A stretch of 64,000 nucleotides of DNA from Octopus sinensis (Eukaryota): NCBI RefSeq assembly GCF_006345805.1, contig NC_042997.1, positions 134,664,001 through 134,728,000 on the forward strand, given 5' to 3'. The position numbers and the translations under genes were made by a program. Positions 51,900 to 64,000 of the stretch are shown piece by piece (within the stretch, counting starts at the first letter, position 1; each line of letters opens with the position of its first letter). The notes under the pieces were generated by a model. It was given only the letters and a program-made list of their open reading frames with translations. It did no database searches and was not told the origin of the DNA.

Positions 51900-54731
51900 C
51901 ATAAACATACATATATACATGCATACACACACATATATATATATATGTATATATATTTGTATATACATATATACATGCATACATGCATATATATATATAT
52001 GCATGCATGTTTATATGTATTTTTACAAAGGGAATGAGAGAGGAAGAGAGAGAGAAAGAGAGATACATTTATAAATATGTACATGTATGTATATATATGC
52101 ATACATGTATATGAATCTGTATATGCATGTATATACATCAATGTTTTCAGATATTTTAATATCACCTTGGTTTATGTTTATAATATTTGTTTGCTATTGT
52201 ATAATTTACTTCAGTTGAATCTTGAATCGTTATTTTCTTCCTAATTTCTTTCTAATTCAATTATAAATCATGTACATAATTTGTAATCAGAAACCTTGCA
52301 TTTCATAACATTTCCATTGTATCAATTTATTTACCAGTCTAAATCCATCCTAATTTTTTAATATCTGCCAGAATTTTCCAGATGTTTAAAAGGAAAAATT
52401 ACATGAATAATAATGAATGGGTTATTGATATATTTATTTTTGCTGAAAATATTCACACTAAATAAACAGATAAACATTATTAAGAATATAACAGCTTTTA
52501 AATTTATTGCATGTTAAACTTACATAAATCTATATCTAATGTTACTAAAATATTTTGACCATGTTAAGACCAGCTGTTTTATTATATAGGAAAATTCCAG
52601 TTGGAAACAATTATATTGTTTAAATTAAGGAAGTACAGTATTCTAACATGTCTAATATTGTCAAGTAACTGATCAAAATACTTGACTTTTACTGGCTGTC
52701 TTTCCAGCAGTGAATAGATATATTTCTCATGATTAGGTACTGTTCAAATAACATTACAAATTATAATACAATGTATACTAAATAAGTTAGAACTATCCAG
52801 AACAGAAAGATTCCATGTGACTGCATAGTAAAACATCAGTGTTACGATAGTTTTTGTCATATTTGCAATTAGATCTTTGCATATTTAGGTGACTGATAGA
52901 GTATTTTCCATGTCTTGAGGATCCATCATATGGTGGTTATTTATTCAACTATGAGAGGTTCTAAATTTGTTTATCAAAATTTTTCCTTCCTACGTTATTT
53001 TCAATGGTGCAGAGTAAAACAGAAAATTTCAAATCAGTTCCCATATTTTAGCCTTTATAGGTGTTTTTTTTTCTCCTGTAAAACTTTTTTTATTTTCAGC
53101 AACCTTTTTCAATTTGGCTTTGTTTTTTATTTCCAGGGTGACAGATATTTTGAGCTTCACTGATCTTGGGTTCCATATAATATATTGCATTCTATATCAA
53201 ACACCTTTACAATAATGTAATTTTGATATTATGAGGAATGTGGTTAGTACAATATATATTTAATACAAAATCTATTTCATTATCCTTCATTCTAGCAGCA
53301 GCTATTCCATACCTCAGTACATCAGAACGAATGCATAACTGGTGTGAGGATCTTGCTGTAATATTATTCGCTATTGTGCTGTTAATCTTGTTTAGTATAT
53401 GGCATTCCAAATTATACCTACATGACTAAATTGTGTTGTAAATTAATGGTATAGCTTGGAGTTATCTTCATGTATTTAATTATATATGTGATTGGTCATA
53501 TTTCCTTCACAGAAGATGGTCTATAAGTTTTAACAGAAATGAAAATTTTGTCATGTGACTAGAATGGTAAGATATTTATTTCTACTTTGTATTTGAATCC
53601 AAGTTTCCCATTAATTTTAAAATCAACCAAGCATCAAGGTGTTTGGGAACTTGAAATTGTTGTTTGCAAGACTAGAAGACATTTTGAAAGTAAGAAATTA
53701 GTTTTAGCACAATTCCCAGAAAATTTCTGACAGGAGTCATAGCAAGAATGGTTGTGTTGTAAATCTCAGTAAAACCCATGAATGTCATAATAAAGCACTA
53801 CGCCTCAGAATATTGTTTATGGCCCCAGAATGTAGCTAGTTCAAATCAGTAGTCAGGCATTAGAAATTACAGCAATCATTTGTGACTGATATCCTAGAAA
53901 TATATATAGAAGGCTCTACGGGAGTGTTATCATCAAGAGCAGTGCAGCTATGCCCTCAGTTAAAAAGAAATCTGGATTCTGATGCAGAAACAAGAGATAA
54001 TTAAGCATGATCTGTGATAGTTATATCCTGAAGTGTATGTGTGTGTATGTGTGTGTATGTGTGTGTGTGTGTGTGTGTGTTTGCATGTGTGTATGTGTGA
54101 GTGCATGCATGTATATGTGTGTGTGCACATGTATTTGTGTGAGTGTGTTTGCTAAAACTAACTGTGAATTGAAATAAACCTGTGCAGCTATATTTTAATT
54201 ATATTATCTTGTACTTCTTTGTGCAGCTATTGAAGATTTTTTTTTACTGTTTTACATCAATTTGTTTCATGTAATCATGGATAAAACTGTTTCTTTAATA
54301 AGTTTTGGAGATTTCGGTATTTTTTAAATTAAATACCTCTACAGCTAGATGTTCCTCCTGCTACTAATTATTTAACTGTGCAACAGGACAGAAATCTTTT
54401 GTTTGCAATCAGAGAAACTGAGGAAAACAGACTTATATGCCTTTTACAAAGACAGAATAATAGTTGTATAATAGAAGTATGGGAGTCACAATCAATACAT
54501 TTCAGCGCATTCATATATCGGATAAATCAGTTTGTTATGGCTTTATGAAAATTAAATTTGGAAGTGAATAGACTAGAAACACATAATTAGTTAGTTCTAA
54601 CTAATTAGAAAGATTATTAGTTTGTGTGCCAAATTTCTTGAAAATATGGAATCAAGTGCTACCTGACACTGGCTTCACTTATTTTGGGTTATTCCATTAC
54701 TATGCATGTTTAGATTGATTCATAAATATAC

Positions 54732-54779
<48 letters not shown>

Positions 54780-55469
54780 TATTATTATATTGTCAAACAA
54801 ATACCATATTATAACACATGATCTTGACACAATTCTTTCTGTCATTCATATCTGCAAGCATTATATCTATATCATAGACTCTGTCTTAGATTATTTGCTC
54901 AACACCCAATTCTGCTTCTCCGGAAGAAGGTGATATCTCAAATGAATAAGCATAAACTTTAAATGAGCTTTCAACTAATGAAACACATGTGAGCATTATA
55001 TTATTGCTTATGTGACTTAATTATAGCAACTGCTAGTCATGACAAATACTTTCGAACCCTTAGCTGTTTGTTAAGCATACCATTGATTAATCTATTTTCC
55101 CTTGCATCTGCAAGTATCAAATTGATTTTCTTCAAATTATCTAATTAGTTGCCAAAAGTAAACTATAACTTTACCAATATTCAAAATGACAAAGCATCAA
55201 GATAGTCAAAAATTTCATATTATATTTTTATTAACATATATATCTTTATTCTATTTATTTTCTGGATAAACTCATTAATGAATTATTCTATATTCTGTTG
55301 TAATGGATCTATATTATAGAACAACTGTGCATTGGTGCTTTAAGAGATAGTTTCAATATTATATGGAGATTAAAAAAAAGCTTATAATTTTAACAGCTCT
55401 CAAACACTTATTTTGCAAGCTGAGTCTAGAGGAAAAAGACTATGGCTTTTGCAGACTCTCAGAAATTGG

Positions 55470-55800
55470 TGGGGTTGATGCCATTAATGTTTCCCTTAAC
55501 TATTGCAAGCCAACACCTGTATAAAAGATATATATAGGGAAGAAGTTCCAAGGAGCCAATGTTCTAGGGTAGAAAGCTTGGGTGTAGTGATTAGTGCAGG
55601 GACTGTAGAACTGAACATAACAAGGATGATAAGGGGAATAAGAGCAAGTAGGTCAAGAATGCTTGAGTAGAGGTGGCATGAGTTCAGCCACCTTCAAGGA
55701 GTGGAGGCGTTATTGTGACAGAAAAGCAGAGGTGAAAAATTGTGAACTGGTAGGCCACAGGCTGAAATGAGGGATGATGGCCCTATTCTGGAGACAGTCT
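55470..55800 (-). mobile_element. CR1/L2-type LINE 3' remnant
   Basis: HPCYVQ...TNHYTQAFYPRTLAPWNFFP resembles the CR1 C-terminal SFFPRT..LWN.LP motif. Confidence 0.6.
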
Positions 55801-55898
55801 AGGTTGACACCAAATAATAAATGTTTATGTGAAGTTAAAAGTCAGTTTTTGAATGGCTACTCAGAATCTTCCATGCTGTAAATTCTTTATAAATACAT

Positions 55899-55957
<59 letters not shown>

Positions 55958-56913
55958 ATATGTGTATGTGTATTATAGCTTCTTAAGAACTAGCTTTGTG
56001 TTTGGGTTTGTTTTTCTATGGATCTTCTGATGTATATCATCAATCTGTATGGTCCTTTGTCATGTCTTCTGTGAGATGTAGCATCTTCAGGTCAGTCATC
56101 AGTCTTTGTTCCAAGTTTTCTGAAGTTCCCTTTTTTCAAACATAGTAATTCTGCATATGTATTACTTGTCAGGACTAGTATAGTTGCACACTACACCTGA
56201 TTTTTCTTATAACAGATATTCTTTTTTCTTTTAGATCATTTGTACTCCTACATTCATGCACCCGAACTTTGCATATCCATCAGAGCATTTTAGTTTCAAT
56301 TCATTTTAGTCTTTGCAAATCTTTTGCCTTCAAGGCTCATGTCTTGCTATGCATACCTATATATAATACACAAAACATGCATACATACATACATGCATAC
56401 ATACATACATACATACATACTTACATACATACATACATACACACACATGCATGCATATACACATACACACATGTGTGTGTGTATATATATATATGCACAC
56501 ACACACACGTGTATAAATATATATATCTCACTGTTCCTTCTACAGATTCCACTCTCTAGGTTTTGGTCTAACTTGGCTCTAGAAAAAAGACTTGCCAGAG
56601 ATGCCACACAAATTATACTATATACAATAAAGAGAGAACATATTGAAAAAGAGACACAGAATGCATATGGGAGGGAGAGAGAGAATGTGAGAGAGAGACA
56701 GAGGGAGGAAAGCGTATAGATAGAGAGAGAGACATATGGTAGGATTTGTTAATACTGTTTTGAGTAATTACAAAAGATTTTGGAATTTGAACTTTATTTC
56801 TATGAATATGAAAATATATTTTATTAACTGATTTGCAATAAGAACAATCAGTAAATATAAGTGCTTTCAAACCAAAACAAAAAAAAAACAGTATGAAACA
56901 TTTCTGTTACATA

Positions 56914-56957
<44 letters not shown>

Positions 56958-58810
56958 TATAGATGTCCATATGTTCTGTCTGTATAAGCATGGAATAATG
57001 AATGTAAAATGAGGAAATATGTATAAACATACATGCATGAATGCATGCATACATACATAAAAGTGTAAAAGAGTACATACCTACATACATACATATATAC
57101 ATAAATACATATATATATACACACACACATATAAATATACATACATATAATATATATACATACATCTATATATACATATATATTATATATTACACACACA
57201 CACAAAATAATCCCACATATAAGACAATCTCCCCCACTCCCAAATCATTTTGAGAAATAGTTACTAGCATGCAAATTAAATATATTTTCATTATTATTTT
57301 CATTAAACAATTTCAATTCTTTTTAATTTGAACTTTATATATACTCACCAATAGTTTTCAAATTTCAATACCTTTAAAGTTAAGTTTATAAGAACATGAT
57401 AAAATTGTGAAAATGTAAGGTCAATTCTTAAATGATTAACCATAAGTTCATAACACATACTCTTAAAACTTTTGATTATTTTATAATGGACTTCTTGGTC
57501 ATTAGATCAAGGATCATATATATATATACGTATATGCATATAAAACATTTATAATACATATACATACATTAATATCTATGTGTATACAATGTGTATACAA
57601 CATTAATATGTGTTTTAAATGAATGGAAATTGTATCCTGAAGAAATTATTCATTCAACTTACATAACAATGATGTGTTGTCAGAGTTATTGATTCAGATG
57701 TTGGAAGGAATTTTATTGGTGATTTTGTTTTCCGTTATTCTTTCTAGCACACAAACACATACATGTGCACACATACACACACATACATACACACTCACAG
57801 AAACAAGCAAGCATATATATATAATAATGATGATGATCTATATATGCCTATAGACACTACTCACATTTTCTAGCAAAATATGGGAGGCACTCTGTTGGCT
57901 ATGACGACAATGTTCCAGTTCATCCAATGAACGGAACAGCCTCCTCATGAAATTAATGTGCATGTGACTGAGCACTCCACAGATACGTGTACCCTTAACA
58001 TTGTTCTCAGGGAGATTCAGCATCACACAGAGTGTGACGAGGCTGGCCCTTTCGAACACAGGTGCTACTTACTTTTGGCAGCTGAGTAGACTGGAGCAAT
58101 GTGAAATAAAGAGATTTGCTCAAGAAGTATAATTTTCCATAGAAAATCTGTCTCTATAAACTTCAACTAAGCTAAGCCAAATGAAAGCAGCTGCAAAGGC
58201 AAACTTGTTTTAAATAATAATAACACATGTAACTTCTACAAAAGCATGAGTGTCTCTTTCGTTTCTTTGTCCACTCACTCATATATTTATGCATATCCAA
58301 GTATATTGCTCTTAAGGACATGGATTATAAGCCATATGATACAACATATATTAAGACATTGATAAAGCTATACGTTTTAATGGTGTGTTATGCTTAAGAT
58401 AACCTTATTAAATATCTTAAATCATAGATACCAAATCATCATTCTGCCTATACGTAAAGAAAAAATGCTTCAATCTGATTTGTGTATCTAATTGTTGAAT
58501 TAATCTTCTAACAATTGTAATCAAGGCAAAGTGTAATCATTCTGATCCTCATTTACAGATACACACACACATACATACATACATAAGCATCCATTACACT
58601 CTTGGAGTGGTTGTGTTAAGAAGGGTATCCAGCTGTAGAAACTCTGCCTGATCAAGATTGGAGCCTGGTGCAGCCATCTGGTTCACCAGTCCTCAGTCAA
58701 ATCGTCCAACACATGCTAGCAGGGAAAGCGGACGTTAAATGATGATGATAATGATTATGATATATATATATATCCATGTATATATATATATACAGAGATA
58801 CATACACACA

Positions 58811-58877
<67 letters not shown>

Positions 58878-58999
58878 AGAGTTCACAAAAAAACAACAAA
58901 AGACGAAGACAGGTGGTGTAGACAACAAACAGATGTATTAGTATAACACTCGGCAAGTGAAAAAGTCTTTAACGTTTCAATATATATTGTTGATTGTCT

Positions 59000-59435
59000 G
59001 TGATATGTAGACATTGACTGTTCGTGCTCAATAATCATCTCTGGCAGACTTGATGATTACTGATGATTGCAGCAGTGATGCTATCTGCTGTAGATGAGGC
59101 TACTTGATAAAATGAAGAAGTGGTGCTTTTCATCTGCTCTTTGGCATTCTCTCTGTTGTTTCTCATCAATGGCTGGAATTACAAGCTGTAGCAATCAATG
59201 CCATTCAGTGCACTGCAAGGCTCTCTCTCCTTCCTGGTGTCTGGACAGATGCCAGAGTTCTTCATATGTCTCTCCTGCACATCCCTATCACAACCTCTTG
59301 CCAGCACAGCTCCTTCTGCCCTGATGCAGTTTAGCTTAGAAACTGCCTTTGGGAGCCTGCCACCATCCGTCTTGCAAACATGTCCCACCCAGCACAGCTG
59401 TGATGAGGTAATGAGGGCCTCCACACTAACTGTGC
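59000..59435 (-). mobile_element. RTE-clade LINE 3' remnant
   Basis: SVEALITSSQLCWVGHVCKTDGGRLPKAV matches the RTE QLRWAGHV.RM...RLPK motif. Confidence 0.7.
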
Positions 59436-60501
59436 CAGCAAATACATATATGTGCTTACATTTAGTCACGTGTGTGTGTGTGTGTGTGTGTGTGCACAAT
59501 AGATTTGAAGTTTGGGCCTGCTAACCTTTCAGAGTTACTGTCAATACTGTTTGTGTTAGAGAATAATAAACATATACTCTAAAGAAATATTGAGTAGACC
59601 TTCAGCTTAATGCAAAAATTGTCTTTATTATAATTTGATATAAAATCAACCATTAATATACAAATGTGTGTGTGTGTGTGTATTGTTTAAATCCACTAGA
59701 CATATGACATGATAGCAACACCATAACTCCCACAAGAATGTTCAGGGTAACAGAATGAAGAATGGAACTCCACAAGTATTTGCATAACTCCATAGGCTAC
59801 AAAAATCTTATGACTTTTAAACAATATGAATGCCAATTCACACACAGACACATACACAGACACATATGTGTGTATGTGTGTACACATATGAGTATAAGTT
59901 TGCATCCATGTGTGATTAAGTGTGCATGTGTATGAGTGTCTGTATGCTCAGGACACTGTCAGTGAGCTAAACAGGAGTAGTATGTAGAGATATATATTAT
60001 ATATTAATGTTTAAATCCCAAATAATATACTTCGCATATCATTTACTTGTGACTATATAATGCAAGTACTTCATATAATGCAAATTGATGACAAATCATT
60101 GTCATAGATTTCATTATATTTTATTTGTTGTCTTATATTTGCATGTATAATAGTGAATCTTTGATAAAGGACACATCTGTGAATAATAATCTATATAATA
60201 TATGTATGTCTATTAATTAACTATAGAGTCATTGTTTATTTGTTGTCTTGCATTTTGTGATTTGATTCTTAATATAAAAGCGAAATTCCTCATCAATGTT
60301 TTAATGAATTTTTATTTACCATTCAAAATCATTGTTTCAAGTTGATTATGTCAACTGGAAATAGCCAAGAATACATGGTAATAAATAATTTTCCTGAGTA
60401 TGTCAATGGTGATTGTTGATCAATTAAAATTTATCTTAAAACAATTACAATATATATATATGTATGTATGTTTGTATGTAAGCATGTGCATAAATGTCTG
60501 T

Positions 60502-60544
<43 letters not shown>

Positions 60545-60549
<5 letters not shown>

Positions 60550-61997
60550 TGGGCAAAATACCTAGCAAAATTTTGTCTGTCTTTATGTTCTGAGTTCAAA
60601 TTCTGCTGAGTTCAACTTTGCCTTTCATCCTTTTGGGGTCGATAAAATAAGTACCAGTTGAACACTGGAGTCAATGTGACTGACTTACCACTTCCTTCAA
60701 AATTGCTAGCCTTGGGCCAAAATGTGAAATCATTATTATTATTGTTATTATTACAATTATTATTATTATTAAGTATTTGACAAAATGCTTGGCGGTAGTT
60801 TGTCTGTTGCTACGTTCTGACTTCAAATTCCACCGAGGTCAACTTTGCCTTTCTTCCCTTTCAGGGTTGATAAATTAAATACCTGTTGTGTACTGGAGTT
60901 GACCTAATCAACTGGCCCCTTTCCCCAAAACTTTGAGCCTTGTGTCTAGAGCAGAAAAGATTGTTATTTTTTATTATTATTATTATTATCATTTGAGGTT
61001 GACTTAGCCTTCCATCCTTTCAGGGTTGATAAAGTAAGTACCAGTTGAACACTGGGGTTGATGTAATTGACTTATCCCCACCTCCCTCAAGCTGCCCTTG
61101 TAGCAAATATTTGAAATAGTTATTATTATTATCATTATTATTATATGTTGATCATCATCATCATCATCATCATTGTTTTGTTTCCATTTTATCAGTTTAG
61201 CAAGGGGTCAGTTCTTATTTGGTGTTGCTACACTTTTACATATGACAAGGTTTCTATGGTTGGATATCCTTTATAAGAGCAACCACTTAGCAAAATTTCT
61301 GAGTGAATTTTATCACAGCATGAAAACTACAGAGTGGGGCCTATCTTCAAGAGGAGTAAGGGATACTCTTGGTTTTACTATGTATTCATTTATTCTCCTA
61401 TCACTTTATAGAGTTTATTGGGTGCATTTTAATATGGTGCCAGCAACAGTGAGATTAACTTGTATCTTGTATGACTACAAAGTTCTTTTCAGCTTAAACT
61501 GTTTAGATTGAATGGAAGAGAGAACAATGGCAGAAGATGAACAACTGTGAATGGGAGAATGTTGTTAGTGTGAGATGGGAGGAATAGAGTAGGTGCAGTT
61601 TCAGGAGATAGTGTCGAATGGGAATGAGTGGTAGAAGGGAAAAGTACTGAAAAAAGTAATCTAAGAGAAACAGTAATGGCAGGGAATAATGGAAGAGATG
61701 ATGGCAGTTACATGTTCACTGGTAACAGAAAGAAAGTGAGTGATTGATAGTCATAGAAGTGGTCAATAGATAGAGAGAATGGTGGATGCCAATTACAAGA
61801 AACCTGGGGAGAGAGGGTGATAGTTACCGGTCCAAAGAAGTGATGGTGGAGTGTATCAGAAGTCAACAAGTCTCTGGTGTAACTTCCTATTACACAGGCA
61901 TCAAAATAGCTGAAAGTGAGAGAGCGTGAAACATATGTGTGTATGTGTACACAGACTTACACTCTTACTCTCGCTCTCTTTCTTTCTCTCTTTCTTT

Positions 61998-62028
<31 letters not shown>

Positions 62029-63150
62029 TAATGTTTTTCTTTATGTAAACCCTTGTGGTTAATAAAGAAATCCTTATCATTATTATCATTATTATTAAGG
62101 CGGCGAGCTGACAGAAACGTTAGAAAGCCGGGCGAAACGCTTAGCGGTATTTCGTCTGCTGCTACGTTCTGAGTTCAAATTCAGCCAAGGTCCTCTTTGC
62201 CTTTCATCCTTTCAGGGTCGATTAAATAAGTACCAGTTACACACTGGGGTTGATATAATCGACTTAATCCATGTGTTTGTCCTTGTTTGTCCTCTCTGTG
62301 TTTAGCCTCTTGTGGGTAGTAAAGAAATAGGTATTTCATCTGCTGCTACGTTCTGAGTTCAAATTCAGCCGAGGTCGACTTTGCCTTTCTTCCTTTCAGG
62401 GTCGATAAATTAAGTACCAGTTGTATACTAGGGTTGATGTAATTGACTTAATCCCTTCCCATAATTATGAGGCCTTGTACTTCTAGTAGAAAGAATTACT
62501 ATTACTATATTATTATTATTATTATTATTATTATCATTAAGAAGACAGTGAGCTAGCAGAATCATTAGCATGGTGGGCAAAATGCTTAGCAGTATTTCAT
62601 CCAATTTTATGTTCTGAGTTCAAATGCTGTTGGGGTTGACTTTGCCTTTCATCCTTTCGAGGTCAATAAAATAAGTACCATTTGAACACTAGGGTCAATG
62701 TATTTGACTAGTGTCCTTCCCAAAAATTTCAGGCCTTGTGCTTATAGTAGAAAGGATTATTATTATTATCCTTATTATAGATGTTGCACAGTATACAATA
62801 TCATGAGGCTGTTGATTGAGGACATTGTGCCTTCTGGGGGTAGGTACTGTTTGTCAAGTCACAACAAGGACCTCAGACAGATAGTACTTTACGCAATATG
62901 TGTGCAGTTCCAAGTAATGCTGACTTTTGCAATACACATTATTATTATTACTATAGTGAAGGTAGTTGGTTGCTGGAATTCGAGTATCAGAAAAAAAATG
63001 TCTTGTCTTGTGATATTGTTTCTGTCCGTTTATGCTCTGAGCTCAAATACAGCCAAGTCAACTTTGCCATTCATCCCTTCAGGGTCAATGAGATGAAGTA
63101 CTAGGTCGATGTCATCAGCTATCCATTCCCACTAGTGTTGCTAGCCTTGT
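60545..63150 (+). mobile_element. Dense cluster of CpG-decayed SINE copies interspersed with (ATT)n
   Basis: At least 7 copies of the ttctgagttcaaattc...ctttgcctttcatcc family. Confidence 0.75.
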
Positions 63151-63189
63151 CCTAAAATTTGAAAGAATTATTGTTCATATTGAATAATA

Positions 63190-63219
63190 GTTGCAGCAGA
63201 AGTAGCAGCAGCAGCAATT

Positions 63220-63268
<49 letters not shown>

Positions 63269-63344
63269 CCGCAGCAGCAGCAAAGTAGTAGTAGTAGTAG
63301 CAGTAGTAGTAGTAGTAGCAGCAGCAGCAGCAGTAGTAGTAGTT

Positions 63345-63386
<42 letters not shown>

Positions 63387-63405
63387 ATTGTTGTGGTAGT
63401 TGAGT
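63190..63405. repeat. (TAG)n/(CAG)n trinucleotide microsatellite
   Basis: Direct reading. Confidence 0.95.
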
Positions 63406-64000
63406 AGCAGGCATGTTACAACATATAAAAATATTTCTTTGTAGTTCAAATATTTAATCCTGCTATTAGAATTTGATTTAAAATACTGAATGGTAGAGTA
63501 TATGTGACTTGTACTGTATGCATCTTGTACTGAAAGGTGTTTGTAAATTAAAATTGAATATTTTTAGTGGTAAATTTTGTGATCATTGTTAAAATTTGTG
63601 ATAATATTGTAGGAGTTTAAAACATGAAATTAAAAAAAAAAAATCGTAATTGTTTAAAGAACCTTTTGAGAGGTCAAACATTAATAATAATATAATAGTT
63701 TATGGTGGGAAGCGGTTATTGAAAAACATATAGATTTAAATTTAAAGCTAATTTGGAGAATAAATATATTCAAGAAACCAGGATGTGCTTTTGATGGGTC
63801 AATGTAATGACAACTATTTAAATAAGACATGTTTATAGAGAGTGTGAAATGAAGGGGAGATAAATTCAAAATATTTACTTATAGAATTTAAAATGGGATT
63901 ACCACTGAGAAAGGTAATGGTACTGAGGTTGGAATTACATGAATTCAAGACCAGGAATTAACTATGAGGAGAATGAATTTTTAATGGTTAATGATATTTG

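Noticed and set aside
52900-53430. Short ORFs and possible exons right of the gap
   Set aside because: No recognisable domain and no consistent splice-frame support.

Overview
AT-rich, microsatellite- and SINE-dense animal genomic DNA. The SINE families and the IL-17 cluster suggest an octopod cephalopod (inference). The host genes I can support are three interleukin-17-like cystine-knot cytokine genes: A (+, main exon 13030-13575), B (-, exons 26313-26327 and 23658-24188) and C (-, exons 48309-48323 and 44753-45283). B and C lie in a diverged segmental duplication and each uses a 15-nt first coding exon (MNTTN) that the ORF track misses. The rest is mostly decayed transposons: R4/Dong, Tx1/L1, RTE, CR1, mariner, hAT and Ginger/gypsy-integrase fragments. 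The most unusual locus is 16683-19525, where a 365-nt hammerhead-ribozyme repeat occurs as tandem and inverted, circularly permuted copies. An ORF1-only gag-like (CCHC knuckle) retroelement sits in this array with a 17-bp target-site duplication, bracketed by two same-sense ribozymes. Several other fold-back elements also carry minimal hammerheads. A 100-N gap at 51603-51702 separates the CpG-retaining IL-17 region from a CpG-depleted region with no recognisable exons. All folds, alignments and counts were done by eye. Repeat boundaries are approximate.
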